Below, piece after piece: positions 43,716 to 54,554 of a stretch of DNA of 64,000 nt. Source of the DNA: Gammaproteobacteria bacterium (lineage in GTDB: Bacteria; Pseudomonadota; Gammaproteobacteria; Eutrophobiales; Eutrophobiaceae); assembly GCA_947480335.1 (NCBI GenBank), contig CANKCB010000006.1, positions 13,148-77,147 on the forward strand, given 5' to 3'. The notes beneath the pieces are model-generated. The model searched no databases, was not told the origin of the DNA, and saw only the letters and a program-made list of their open reading frames with translations. Position 1 is the first letter of the stretch; every line of letters starts with the position of its first letter. Both the position numbers and the translations under genes were made by a program.

Positions 43716-43895
43716 CATAATAACGACCTTACCTGATGCAGGATTTCAATCTTGATTCTAAACCCGATAGCCAGTTGTTCAGACCCCGGTTTTTTATCAT
43801 AGTTTTCAATTATTTAATGGATTGAATTTATCAATTTTTCTATTGTATTGGTTATTACTATAGTAGCTCCATAGACTGATGAGACGAGTGAATAC

Positions 43896-45698
43896 ATGAC
43901 AAAGCATAAAAAATTACAGGATTGGGTCAACCAGATGACGGCACTCTGCCAGCCCGCACAGGTGGTCTGGTGTGACGGCAGTGAGCGCGAATACAGCGCG
44001 ATGTGGGACATCCTGATCAAATCCGGAACCGCCAAAAAACTGAACGAAAGCAAACGTCCCAACAGCTATCTGGTCCGCTCTGATCCGAACGATGTGGCCA
44101 GAGTAGAAGACCGTACTTTTATCTGCTCACAGAAGAAGGAAGATGCTGGCCCGACCAATAACTGGATGGACCCGGCGCAAATGCGCACCACGCTGAATGG
44201 CCTGTTCAAGGGCTGTATGCAGGGACGCACCATGTATGTGATTCCGTTCAGCATGGGTCCGATAGGCTCTCCGATTGCCCATATCGGTGTAGAGCTGACT
44301 GATTCTCCCTATGTCGTGACCAATATGCACATCATGGCCCGTGTGGGTCAGGCCGTGCTCGATTTTCTGGGTACAGACGGTGAGTTTGTCCCCTGTATGC
44401 ATTCCACCGGTATGCCGCTGACAGCAGGCACGAAGGACGTCGCCTGGCCATGTAACCCGGCCAATACCTACATCGTGCATTATCCTGAAACCCGCGAAAT
44501 CTGGTCGTTCGGTTCCGGTTATGGTGGCAATGCGTTGCTCGGCAAGAAATGTCTGGCACTGCGTATCGCTTCTGTCATGGCCAGAGATCAGGGTTGGCTG
44601 GCTGAACACATGCTGATTCTGAAAATTACCAATCCGCAGGGCAAGGTCCGTTATATCGCCGGCGCGTTCCCAAGTGCCTGCGGCAAAACTAATCTGGCAA
44701 TGCTGACACCGTCCATTCCCGGCTGGAAAGTGGAAACGGTCGGTGATGATATTTGCTGGATGAAGTTCGGTGCTGATGGCCAGCTGTATGCGATCAATCC
44801 GGAAGCCGGATTCTTTGGCGTGGCTCCGGGTACCAGCCTGGATTCAAACGCGAATGCGATCAAGACACTGTACGCAAATTGCATCTTCACCAACGTGGCA
44901 GAAACCGACGATGGCGATGTGTGGTGGGAAGACATGAGCAAGGAACCGCCTGCGCATTTGATCGACTGGAAAGGCAAGGACTGGACACCGGCTTCCGGCA
45001 CGCCAGCCGCCCATCCTAACGCCCGCTTCACCGTGGCAGCACGTCAATGCCCGGTAGTAGCCAGCGAATGGGAAGATTTAAAAGGCGTGCCTATCAGCGC
45101 CATCCTGTTTGGTGGACGTCGTGCCACCGTGGTGCCACTGGTCAATGAAGCACGTGACTGGTTACAGGGCACGTTCTTCGGTTCGATTGTGTCTTCCGAA
45201 AAAACGGCTGCGGCAACCGGCAAGATCGGTGAATTGCGCCGTGACCCGATGGCAATGTTGCCCTTCTGCGGCTACAACATGGCCTCGTACTGGCAACACT
45301 GGATCAACATTGGCAAAAAACAGGGTGCACGTTTGCCCAGAGTGTTTTATGTCAACTGGTTCCGCAAGAACGATGCGGGCAAATTCATGTGGCCCGGCTT
45401 TGGCGACAACAGCCGAGTACTGAAATGGGTATTTGAACGATGCGAAGGAACCGGAGCGGCAGTAGAAACACCGATTGGTATGTTGCCGACAATGGACGCG
45501 CTGGACTTTTCTGGTCTGAATCTGGACAAAGCGGCTATCGCCTTGTTGCTACGGGTTGAAGTAGACGGTTGGTTACAGGAAATCCCGATGATCCGTGAAT
45601 ACTACAAATCGTTCGGAGATCGTATGCCGGCTGAACTGATGAGTGAACTGGATCAGCTTGAATCCAAACTGCGCGCTGCCAAACCCGCCGCAGCCTAG
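43896..45698 (+). CDS. pckG: Phosphoenolpyruvate carboxykinase (GTP)
   Basis: [46 protein letters not shown]. Confidence 0.96.
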   Translation: MTKHKKLQDWVNQMTALCQPAQVVWCDGSEREYSAMWDILIKSGTAKKLNESKRPNSYLVRSDPNDVARVEDRTFICSQKKEDAGPTNNWMDPAQMRTTLNGLFKGCMQGRTMYVIPFSMGPIGSPIAHIGVELTDSPYVVTNMHIMARVGQAVLDFLGTDGEFVPCMHSTGMPLTAGTKDVAWPCNPANTYIVHYPETREIWSFGSGYGGNALLGKKCLALRIASVMARDQGWLAEHMLILKITNPQGKVRYIAGAFPSACGKTNLAMLTPSIPGWKVETVGDDICWMKFGADGQLYAINPEAGFFGVAPGTSLDSNANAIKTLYANCIFTNVAETDDGDVWWEDMSKEPPAHLIDWKGKDWTPASGTPAAHPNARFTVAARQCPVVASEWEDLKGVPISAILFGGRRATVVPLVNEARDWLQGTFFGSIVSSEKTAAATGKIGELRRDPMAMLPFCGYNMASYWQHWINIGKKQGARLPRVFYVNWFRKNDAGKFMWPGFGDNSRVLKWVFERCEGTGAAVETPIGMLPTMDALDFSGLNLDKAAIALLLRVEVDGWLQEIPMIREYYKSFGDRMPAELMSELDQLESKLRAAKPAAA

Positions 45699-45731
45699 TC
45701 AGTTAATTGCGAGGGGCAGGATTAACGTCCT

Positions 45732-45778
45732 GCCTCTCCACCTTACTCCTCACCCCTCGCTCCTCACTCCTCACCCCG
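45732..45778. repeat. Heptameric C-rich tandem repeat
   Basis: caccttactcctcacccctcgctcctcactcctcacccc. Confidence 0.75.
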
Positions 45779-45794
45779 TAAGGTATCTATACCC

Positions 45795-47438
45795 CTACGA
45801 TCTATTTCCGTTTACCTTTCGATACAGGCTGATTAATGCCTCGGTAGACGCATCAAACCGGTCAGCGTAGTCATCTTCGGTCAGGCGGCTGTAGATTCGG
45901 TTGCCGATGACCTTGCCCAGTTCAACGCCGTATTGATCAAACGCATTGATGTTCCAGATCACGCTTTGCACGTAGACCTTGTGTTCATATAGCGCAATCA
46001 GCGCACCGAGCGATTCAGGCGTGACTTGTTCCATCACGATCATATTGCTAGGGCGATTACCGGGCATCTGCATATGCTCGGCCAGTTCAGCGGCCCTGGC
46101 CAGCTTCTGGCCCGCAACAATTAAATCTGCCTGGGCCTGCTCGCGGGTTTTACCGGTCATCAATACGTTCGATTGAGCCAGACAATTGGCGACCAGATAC
46201 GGATGGTGGCTGTCATTCGCCGAATCCGGTGTCAGCGCCAGAATAAAATCGGTCGGGATAAATTGTGTCCCCTGATGCAACATCTGGTGAAACGAATGCT
46301 GACCGTTGGTTTCTACCGTTCCCCACAATACGCTTGCCGTCTGGTAATCCACCGGACGGTTGTCGATACGAATCGATTTGCCGTTGCTTTCCATGTCCAG
46401 CTGTTGCAGGAATTCCTGCAGGTAACGCAGATGATGTATATACGTCAAGACAGCCAGCGTACGGGTGTCCCAGAAATTGATATACCAGATTCCGAGCAGT
46501 CCCAGTAATACTGGCAAGTTTTGCAAAAACGGAGTGGTCAAAAAATGCTGATCCATTCTCGACGCGCCACGACGCAAGCGGTTGAAGTTGTCCATACCAA
46601 TACTGAACGCAATCGGCAGACCAATCGCTGACCAGAGCGAATAACGACCCCCGACCCAGTCCCACATCGGCAGGATGTTCTGCCGTGACACACCGAATTT
46701 TACCGCCTTGTCCGGACGCGACGTGACCGCGATAAAATGACGACCAAAATCCGCTTCCGTTTTGGCAATGCTGGCAGTCCACTCTCTGGCCGTTTTCGCA
46801 TTCTGCAGTGTTTCCTGCGTCGTGAAAGATTTCGAGGCGATGATGAATAATGTCGTGTCCGGCAACAATGCGCTGAGCACGCTGGACAAGTCTTCACTGT
46901 CAATATTGGAAACGAAATGACAGTTTACGGAACCATCATTAAATGCAGCCAGCGCCTCGGTGGCGAACATGGGCCCCAGATGTGAACCACCAATACCCAG
47001 ATTGACAATATCGGTGATCGCCTTGCCGGTACATCCTTTCCACTCACCGGAATGGACCTGCTCTACCAGTGATTTCATCTGCGCCATCACAGCTTCGATT
47101 TCTGCCAGATGGGGTGAACGCCCGGTAAAATCCCGCAAGGCTGTATGCAGTGCCGGACGGTCTTCCGTCGTGTTGACATGCGCACCGCTAAACAATGCCG
47201 CGATTTTGTCCTGCAGCCCGCTGCTTCTGGCTGCACCAGTCAACAGATCCAGCGTTGTAGAATTGATCAGGTTTTTGGAATAATCCAGCGTCAGTCCTGC
47301 GGCACTCGCGTGCATACGGGCATAGCGATCTGTATCTTGCGCAAACAGCTCGGATAGACTGGTCTGTTGTAACAGATCGCGCTGTCTGGCCAGTTCCTGC
47401 CAGATGGCAGAATCGTTTGGTTTAAACGGATTACTCAT
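45795..47438 (-). CDS. pgi: Glucose-6-phosphate isomerase
   Basis: LGIGGSHLGP, SKSFTTQET, DWVGGRYSLWS, QQLDMESNGK, FDQYGVELGK. Confidence 0.97.
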   Translation of the reverse strand: MSNPFKPNDSAIWQELARQRDLLQQTSLSELFAQDTDRYARMHASAAGLTLDYSKNLINSTTLDLLTGAARSSGLQDKIAALFSGAHVNTTEDRPALHTALRDFTGRSPHLAEIEAVMAQMKSLVEQVHSGEWKGCTGKAITDIVNLGIGGSHLGPMFATEALAAFNDGSVNCHFVSNIDSEDLSSVLSALLPDTTLFIIASKSFTTQETLQNAKTAREWTASIAKTEADFGRHFIAVTSRPDKAVKFGVSRQNILPMWDWVGGRYSLWSAIGLPIAFSIGMDNFNRLRRGASRMDQHFLTTPFLQNLPVLLGLLGIWYINFWDTRTLAVLTYIHHLRYLQEFLQQLDMESNGKSIRIDNRPVDYQTASVLWGTVETNGQHSFHQMLHQGTQFIPTDFILALTPDSANDSHHPYLVANCLAQSNVLMTGKTREQAQADLIVAGQKLARAAELAEHMQMPGNRPSNMIVMEQVTPESLGALIALYEHKVYVQSVIWNINAFDQYGVELGKVIGNRIYSRLTEDDYADRFDASTEALISLYRKVNGNRS

Positions 47439-47440
47439 TA

Positions 47441-48373
47441 TCAGAGGGAATAGCCAAACTCTCTGGTGAACCTTGCTTTAAAGGTGTCCAGGGTATATTT
47501 GTGATTCTGGGTTCCGGGATGTTCAATCTTGGTCGAACCCATCAACGAAGCAATGCGTCCGGTTGTATCCCAGTCCATATTATTCATCAGACCATAGAGT
47601 AAGCCGGCGCGAAACGCATCACCGCATCCGGTTGGATCGGCAATCGTGACCGGCTTCACTGCCGGAATATCATAGCGCTTGTTTCGGGTATAGATGACCG
47701 AACCATCCGCGCCACGAGTAATGATCAAGGCCTTAACCCGTTCGGTGACTTCGTGCGGCGACAAATTGGTACGCTGTTGCATCATTTGCCACTCGTAATC
47801 ATTGACGCTGAGCCAACTGGCCTGATCGATGAATTTAATCAAATCATCGCCATCAAACATGGGCATACCCTGACCCGGATCAAAAATAAACGGGATGTCC
47901 GCTTCTGCAAACTGTATGGCGTGCTCGATCATGCCATCACGTCCATCAGGAGAAATAATACCCAGCGTAATGCCTTTTGCATCCGTCACTTTATTCTGGT
48001 GTGAATAGGACATCGCGCCCGGGTGAAATGCGGTGATCTGGTTGTCGTCCAGATCGGTGGTAATAAATGCCTGTCCGGTGAACACATCCGGAATGACTTT
48101 CACATGTGCACGGGAAATGCCGTTGCTGTCCATCCAGTCTGCATACACACCAAAATCATTACCTACGGTTCCCATCGGCAAACCCTTACCCTGTAACAGA
48201 TGCAGGTTATAGGCAATGTTGCCGGCACAACCACCAAACTCGCGCCGCATTTGTGGAACCATGAAGGACACATTCAACATATGGACCTTCTCCGGAAGGA
48301 TATGGTTTTTAAAATGGTCCGGGAAAACCATGATATGGTCATAGGCAAAGGATCCGCAGATCAGCGCTGTCAT
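47441..48373 (-). CDS. PfkB-family carbohydrate kinase (adenosine kinase-like)
   Basis: GSFAYD, FGGCAGNIAY, FDPGQ, DPTGCGDAFRAG. Confidence 0.9.
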   Translation of the reverse strand: MTALICGSFAYDHIMVFPDHFKNHILPEKVHMLNVSFMVPQMRREFGGCAGNIAYNLHLLQGKGLPMGTVGNDFGVYADWMDSNGISRAHVKVIPDVFTGQAFITTDLDDNQITAFHPGAMSYSHQNKVTDAKGITLGIISPDGRDGMIEHAIQFAEADIPFIFDPGQGMPMFDGDDLIKFIDQASWLSVNDYEWQMMQQRTNLSPHEVTERVKALIITRGADGSVIYTRNKRYDIPAVKPVTIADPTGCGDAFRAGLLYGLMNNMDWDTTGRIASLMGSTKIEHPGTQNHKYTLDTFKARFTREFGYSL

Positions 48374-48464
48374 GTAACTGTTACTCCGTGTGTTATTATT
48401 GATTTTTTTTCGGGATATTATCTTACCTGTGTTCATCGCAGGCCGATACCATCCTGTTTAATGA

Positions 48465-51350
48465 TTAGTCCTGATTTACCAGTGCCAGCTTCTTCGCCGC
48501 TTTTTTAACGGGTTTATCTGTGCTGTATTGTTGCAGTACCCTGGCAAGAAACTGACCGGTATAGGAGCGGGTGTTGGCAGCTACAGTTTCAGGCGTGCCG
48601 ATAGCGATCACTTCACCACCCTTGTCGCCGCCTTCCGGCCCCAGATCAATGATCCAGTCGGCCGTTTTAATCACGTCCAGATTGTGCTCTATCACCACAA
48701 TCGTGTTTCCATGATCGCGTAATCGATGCAGTACCTGCAACAACTGGTTGATGTCATGAAAATGCAGTCCAGTAGTAGGTTCATCGAGTATATATAATGT
48801 CTGACCGGTATCACGCTTGGAAAGCTCACGCGATAACTTGATACGTTGGGCCTCGCCTCCGGACAGTGTCGTCGCATTCTGGCCCAGGCGGATGTAGGAC
48901 AATCCCACGTCCAGCAGTGTTTGCAATTTTCTGGCAATCGACGGCACCGCATCGAAAAACTGACGCGCATCCTCTACCGTCATTTCCAGAATTTCATGAA
49001 TGTTCTTGCCCTTGTAGCGGATATCCAATGTCTCGCGATTGTAGCGTTTGCCCTTGCACACATCACAAACCACATAGATGTCTGGTAGAAAATGCATTTC
49101 AACCTTGATCAGGCCATCGCCCTGACAGGCTTCACAACGTCCGCCCTTCACATTGAAACTGAAGCGTCCCGGATTATAGCCACGCGAACGGGCTTCCTGG
49201 GTGGCGGCAAACATATCGCGTATCGGTGTGAACAAACCAGTGTAAGTCGCCGGATTCGAACGCGGTGTCCTGCCGATTGGGCTCTGGTCGATGTCGACAA
49301 TTTTGTCCATCTGTTCCAGACCACGGATGGTTTTGTGTGCGGACGGACTCAGATTACTGCCGTTGAGTTCACGCGCAACCGCACGATAAAGCGTGTCATT
49401 GATCAATGTGGATTTACCGGAACCGGACACACCAGTAATACAGGTCATCAGCCCAACCGGTATTTCGATGGAAATATCTTTCAGGTTATTCCCGGTGGCA
49501 CCGATGATTTCCAGCATCTGCTTGCGGTTAAACGGTGTACGCACATCCGGTATCTCAATACGGTTACGTCCAGACAGGTATCTGCCAGTCAACGATTCCG
49601 GATGGCGACAGATCGCGGCCGGCGTACCTTGTACCACAACCTTGCCACCGTGTACGCCTGCACCCGGGCCCATATCAATCACGTGATCGGCCGCATTGAT
49701 CGCTTCTTCATCGTGTTCGACCACAATGACCGAGTTACCCATGTCACGCAGGCGCTTTAACGTATCCAGCAAGCGACTGTTATCACGTTGATGCAAACCA
49801 ATCGACGGCTCATCCAGCACATACATCACTCCGACAAGACCTGCACCAATCTGGCTTGCCAGACGAATACGTTGGGCTTCACCACCGGACAAGGTTTCAG
49901 CACTGCGATTTAATGTCAGATAATCCAGACCGACATTGACGAGAAACAACAATCGCTCCCGTACTTCCTTCAGTATCTTGTCGGCAATCTCACCGCGTTT
50001 ACCCGGTAGTTTAAATGCCGTGAAGTAATCATGTATCTGGGTAATTGGCATGGCCGTCAGTGCCGGCAGCGATTTGTCACGGATAAACACATTCCTGGCT
50101 GCCAGATTCAGCCGCGTGCCTTCACAATCCGGACAGGGTTTGCTGCTTCGGTATTTAAGCAACTCTTCCCTGACCATAATCGAGTCCGTTTCACGGAAAC
50201 GGCGCTCCATGTTCGGGATAATGCCTTCAAAGCTGTGTTTACGTTTTACATGGCCCTTGCCACCACTAATATACCGGAACTCAATCTGTTCATCCTTGCT
50301 GCCAAACAGGATGATTTTCTGTATGCGCTTGGGTATGTCCTTGAACTTGCAATCGATATCAAATTCATAATGACTGGCCAACCCTTTAATGAGCTGGAAG
50401 TAGTAAGCATTGCGGCGGTCCCAACCGCGTACCGCACCACCGGGTAGACTCAGCTCTGGTTCCTGCACGACCAGATCCGGATCAAAAAACTGGATCACAC
50501 CCAACCCATCACATTTTGGACAAGCCCCTGTCGGATTATTAAAGGAAAAGAGTCTGGGTTCCAGTTCGCTCAGGCTGTATCCACAGTGTGAGCAGGCAAA
50601 ACGGGCAGAGTAGATAATGTCGGCCTGGGCAGGATTATCCATCGAGGCAATAATAGCCAGTCCACCGGACAACCGGGTGGCTGTTTCCACCGATTCGGCC
50701 AGTCGCAGACTGATATCCTCCCGAACCTTGAACCGATCGACTACCACTTCAATCGTGTGTTTTTTGTGTAGTTCCAGTTCCGGAACCTGATCCAGTTCAA
50801 TAACCTTGCCATTGATACGGGCGCGGATAAATCCTTCACTGCGCAGTCTGTCGAGCAGTTGCAAATGTTCACCCTTGCGCTCCTGGATCACCGGCGCCAG
50901 TAACATCAGCCGTTCTTCGCCGGGTATAGCCATAATCAGGTCCACCATCTGGCTGATCGTCTGTGCTTCCAGCACGATACCGTGCTCCGGGCAACGTGGC
51001 TCCCCTACTCTGGCGTACAGCAAGCGTAAATAATCGTAGATTTCCGTGATCGTGCCAACCGTGGAACGCGGATTATGCGAGGTGGACTTCTGTTCAATGG
51101 AAATGGCGGGGGACAGGCCGTCAATATGGTCCACATCCGGTTTTTCCATCATCGACAGGAACTGTCTGGCATAGGCGGACAAGGACTCCACATAACGCCT
51201 TTGCCCTTCGGCATAAATGGTATCAAACGCCAGAGAGGACTTGCCAGAACCGGATAAACCGGTGATTACGACCAGTTTGTCGCGTGGCACATCTACATCA
51301 ATGTTCTTGAGATTATGCGTCCTTGCGCCACGTATATGTATCGTATCCAT
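48465..51350 (-). CDS. uvrA: Excinuclease ABC subunit A
   Basis: Two Walker A motifs ([16 protein letters not shown]), two LSGGEAQR, Zn fingers. Confidence 0.98.
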   Translation of the reverse strand: MDTIHIRGARTHNLKNIDVDVPRDKLVVITGLSGSGKSSLAFDTIYAEGQRRYVESLSAYARQFLSMMEKPDVDHIDGLSPAISIEQKSTSHNPRSTVGTITEIYDYLRLLYARVGEPRCPEHGIVLEAQTISQMVDLIMAIPGEERLMLLAPVIQERKGEHLQLLDRLRSEGFIRARINGKVIELDQVPELELHKKHTIEVVVDRFKVREDISLRLAESVETATRLSGGLAIIASMDNPAQADIIYSARFACSHCGYSLSELEPRLFSFNNPTGACPKCDGLGVIQFFDPDLVVQEPELSLPGGAVRGWDRRNAYYFQLIKGLASHYEFDIDCKFKDIPKRIQKIILFGSKDEQIEFRYISGGKGHVKRKHSFEGIIPNMERRFRETDSIMVREELLKYRSSKPCPDCEGTRLNLAARNVFIRDKSLPALTAMPITQIHDYFTAFKLPGKRGEIADKILKEVRERLLFLVNVGLDYLTLNRSAETLSGGEAQRIRLASQIGAGLVGVMYVLDEPSIGLHQRDNSRLLDTLKRLRDMGNSVIVVEHDEEAINAADHVIDMGPGAGVHGGKVVVQGTPAAICRHPESLTGRYLSGRNRIEIPDVRTPFNRKQMLEIIGATGNNLKDISIEIPVGLMTCITGVSGSGKSTLINDTLYRAVARELNGSNLSPSAHKTIRGLEQMDKIVDIDQSPIGRTPRSNPATYTGLFTPIRDMFAATQEARSRGYNPGRFSFNVKGGRCEACQGDGLIKVEMHFLPDIYVVCDVCKGKRYNRETLDIRYKGKNIHEILEMTVEDARQFFDAVPSIARKLQTLLDVGLSYIRLGQNATTLSGGEAQRIKLSRELSKRDTGQTLYILDEPTTGLHFHDINQLLQVLHRLRDHGNTIVVIEHNLDVIKTADWIIDLGPEGGDKGGEVIAIGTPETVAANTRSYTGQFLARVLQQYSTDKPVKKAAKKLALVNQD

Positions 51351-51451
51351 TAAACCTTTTCGCCAACTGAAATAAACTGCTAATATTAAATCGATTCTCT
51401 CATGTTACGCAAAAGAGAGTTTGATAATTTACACAGGAAAAGGAGAAAACC

Positions 51452-51925
51452 ATGGCAAGAGGCATAAACAAAGTCATTCTGGTAGGAAACCTGGGAAATG
51501 ACCCGGATGTGCGATACACCGCAGGAGGCGCAGCCATTAGTAATATCAGCATTGCGACCAGTGAATCCTGGAAGGACAAGGAATCCGGCGAAATGCAGGA
51601 GAAAACCGAATGGCACCGGGTGGTATTTTTTGGAAAACTGGCTGAAATTGTCGCCGAGTATCTGAAAAAAGGTTCACAGGTATACGTAGAGGGCAGACTG
51701 CAAACACGTAAATGGCAGGACAAGGAAGGTAATGACAAATATACGACCGAAATTGTCGCCAATGAAATGCAGATGCTGGGCGGCAAGCCCGGCGGCGGTG
51801 GGGGTAATTATGACAAGTCCTCCGCGCCACCCTCCGAATCCGGCAGTTCACGCCCCGGCAAGGCCGCTTCAGCACCCCGTCCGGCGGCGGACGAAAACTT
51901 CGTCGACGACGATATTCCTTTCTAG
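51452..51925 (+). CDS. ssb: Single-stranded DNA-binding protein
   Basis: [24 protein letters not shown] tail; divergent from uvrA. Confidence 0.97.
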   Translation: MARGINKVILVGNLGNDPDVRYTAGGAAISNISIATSESWKDKESGEMQEKTEWHRVVFFGKLAEIVAEYLKKGSQVYVEGRLQTRKWQDKEGNDKYTTEIVANEMQMLGGKPGGGGGNYDKSSAPPSESGSSRPGKAASAPRPAADENFVDDDIPF

Positions 51926-51933
51926 CTAATTGT

Positions 51934-51964
51934 TCCGGGACGGACTTATGTCCGTCCCGGTTTT
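51934..51964 (+). terminator. Intrinsic terminator after ssb
   Basis: CCGGGACGGAC-TTAT-GTCCGTCCCGG followed by TTTT. Confidence 0.8.
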
Positions 51965-53268
51965 CTGAGCAAGTCTGAAAACCTCTGCATATACTCCGGG
52001 AATTTTATAAAAATTATGCTTGTAATAATCAGATTGAGCACGCCGAGGACCAGATAAATCTGCGGTATGGTCAATGCCAGTTTAATCAGCACGATTACCA
52101 GCAGTGCAGATGCCACCATAAATATCGCATTAAGTATATTGTTCGCGGCAATGATACGTGCCTGATACTCCGGACTGGATCGATGCTGCACCATTGCATA
52201 TAACGGCACAATATAAATACCGCCAAAAAAACCGATTGCTGTCAGTGCAAACAGAATACGCCAGTGCACAAAATAGGTGAGAAACTCGGACGCTCCCATT
52301 GCGACAGCGCCCTGATGCACGTGCGGCGTTCCAGTGATAAACAAATCGATGGCAAACAGGGTGAGTCCCAATGCACCTATCGGCACCAGACCTGGCTCAA
52401 TGCCTCCTTTCGATAATCGTTCACACAACAGTGACCCTGCACCTATACCAAGAGAGAATGCAGTCAGCAAGATAGTAGCCACCCGTTCATCCCCCATCAG
52501 CACATCACGGGTGTAGGTTGGCACCAGCGACAGATAGGTTGCGCCCAGAAACCAGAACCAGGAAACCGCAATGATGGCGATAAACACATTTTTGTCCGCG
52601 CAGGAATAACGAAGGATATGCCAGGTCTGTCTGGCCATATTCCAGTCTATTCGTATGCAGTCATCGGAAGCCGGTGCCAAGGGAATATACCAGCTGGCAA
52701 TCCAGGCAGCAGCAGCAACCGTCACAGCGAGTAATGAAACCAGATAGATACCATACCCATCAATTGCGACCAGCATGCCACCAATAATGGTACCGATCAG
52801 GATAGCGAGAAACGTACCCATCTGAATCATCCCGTTGCCCCCGGTTAACTCCTCCACACGCAAATGCTGCGGCAGTATCGCGTATTTGAGCGGTCCGAAA
52901 AAGGCCGACTGGATTCCAGTGAGAAACAGTACTGTCATTAATATGACCACACTCTGTGAAATGAACCCGGTTAACGCGAACGCCATGATCATCACTTCGG
53001 AAAAGGTAATCCGGCGGATCAAGTACGACTTCTCGTATTTATCCGCCACCTGTCCTGCTGTCGCGGAAACCAGAAAGTACGGCAGGATAAATACACCGCC
53101 GGACAGGGCAACCAGAATACTGCTGTTAACAGCCAGTGTGTCGGAGAGTGTAAAGGTAATAAAGATTATGAGCGCATTTTTGAAAATATTGTCTTCCATG
53201 GCGCCCAGAAACTGCACACAGAAAAGTGGCAGAAACCGCCTGCTCTTCATCAAGGTATATTGGCTCAT
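51946..53268 (-). CDS. MFS transporter, LplT/Aas-like, without an acyltransferase domain
   Basis: RRFLPLF.VQFLGA..DN.FKNA, GQVADKYEK, FGPLKYAILP, RIIAANNI. Confidence 0.88.
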   Translation of the reverse strand: MSQYTLMKSRRFLPLFCVQFLGAMEDNIFKNALIIFITFTLSDTLAVNSSILVALSGGVFILPYFLVSATAGQVADKYEKSYLIRRITFSEVMIMAFALTGFISQSVVILMTVLFLTGIQSAFFGPLKYAILPQHLRVEELTGGNGMIQMGTFLAILIGTIIGGMLVAIDGYGIYLVSLLAVTVAAAAWIASWYIPLAPASDDCIRIDWNMARQTWHILRYSCADKNVFIAIIAVSWFWFLGATYLSLVPTYTRDVLMGDERVATILLTAFSLGIGAGSLLCERLSKGGIEPGLVPIGALGLTLFAIDLFITGTPHVHQGAVAMGASEFLTYFVHWRILFALTAIGFFGGIYIVPLYAMVQHRSSPEYQARIIAANNILNAIFMVASALLVIVLIKLALTIPQIYLVLGVLNLIITSIIFIKFPEYMQRFSDLLRKPGRT

Positions 53269-53343
53269 GGACTTGTCAATTCTTTAATGCCATATTGATC
53301 GGTATAGCCATTTCATCAGGTCATTGGTTCGGGAGAAATCAAT

Positions 53344-53584
53344 ATGCCGATTGTGTCACAAATCAACCTGTTAAAGAAACGTCGTACCAAAATTGTGGCC
53401 ACACTGGGGCCGGCTTCATCAACACCGGAAATCATCACACAACTGGTGCTATCCGGCGTCAATGTGTTTCGTCTGAATATGTCACACGGCGACCATGATT
53501 TTCATCGCAAAAGTTACAAGCATATCCGTTCGATAGCTGAAACTACCGGCCTGCCAATCGCTATACTCGCCGATTTATGCGGCC
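53344..53584 (+). pseudogene. pyk: Pyruvate kinase, N-terminal fragment (~80 aa)
   Basis: RRTKIVATLGPASS, GVNVFRLNMSHG, AILADLCG; similarity stops before the expected PKIR. Confidence 0.85.
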
Positions 53585-53875
53585 AGTTGCTGTGCCCAGT
53601 TTACCGCACTGCTAGGCGGGCCTGAAATCGACGTGCCGGCTGGCTATAACCAGATTGTGTACGAACCAAAATATCCGCTTAGCAAGGACAAGAAGCGGTA
53701 TATCACCGTTACCGGCACTGAAAAATCCATGCTGCCAGTACCCATGCCTGTCAGCATGATGATCTGGAGTGGACCGGGTTCTGATGCTGACGTAATCAAG
53801 ATTGGTTCTGCTTATGAGGCGGCCACCAAACATCGTATACCGCCACCGGACTTCGGACCACTGGCAACAGAATAA
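53582..53875 (+). pseudogene. Amidase-signature family, C-terminal fragment
   Basis: TALLGGPEIDVPAGY...MPVSMMIWSGPGSDADVIKIGSAYEAATKHRIPPP. Confidence 0.7.
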
Positions 53876-53884
53876 TCGATAGGT

Positions 53885-53920
53885 ATCTCCCCATCAGGGA
53901 CATCCTTGATGGGGAGATTT
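53885..53920 (+). terminator. Hairpin after the amidase fragment
   Basis: ATCTCCCCATCA...TGATGGGGAGAT followed by TT. Confidence 0.7.
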
Positions 53921-54063
53921 ATAATAGGGGACTTCAAGGGGTCAGAGAACTTGATGTGTGGAATAAATAAATTGCCCTGCGAGCGTTCATGTCAAACTGG
54001 ATTCCCGCCCTCGCGGTAATGATGCCTTGAAGAAAAGTGCTGTATCTCCTCACTCCTTACCCC

Positions 54064-54552
54064 TCACCTTAACCTATACACCGGCAAGGCGCCATCCGCG
54101 GCAGTCTGATATTTGACAGTAAAGTCATTGAAAGCCTTCAATGCATCTTCGATATCCTTGTCCTTGCGGATAAAGAACGAATTGAAACCACAGCGCTTCA
54201 TATAGAACAACTGATCCCGCAAGACATCACCAACCGCGCGCAGGTCGCCTTTAAATCCATAACGGTCACGCAACAATCTTGCATGACTATAACAACGTCC
54301 GTCCTTGAAGGCGGGGAAATCGAGAGCAATCAGGTTGAACTTGCCAATATGAGTGGCGATATCTTCAATCTTGTCTTCACCATTCAGGCATACCGCAAGC
54401 TTGCCGCGATGATTCGCCAGCTTGTCCTGGTTTTGTTGCCAGTATTTAAATGGCAGAATCAAGTCACCGTCTGGAATTGGCTGATCCGCTGTTACGGTAT
54501 CCACTCTGGTCCAGCTATCTTCAAGAATCTGATTATCCTTAATCACGCGCAT
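54064..54552 (-). CDS. DUF934 family protein (sulfite reductase partner)
   Basis: IALDFPAFKDGRCYSHARLLR, LRAVGDVLRDQL, RCGF. Confidence 0.9.
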   Translation of the reverse strand: MRVIKDNQILEDSWTRVDTVTADQPIPDGDLILPFKYWQQNQDKLANHRGKLAVCLNGEDKIEDIATHIGKFNLIALDFPAFKDGRCYSHARLLRDRYGFKGDLRAVGDVLRDQLFYMKRCGFNSFFIRKDKDIEDALKAFNDFTVKYQTAADGALPVYRLR

Positions 54553-54554
54553 GG

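Noticed and set aside
51351..51451. LexA box between uvrA and ssb
   Set aside because: No CTG-N10-CAG match found by eye
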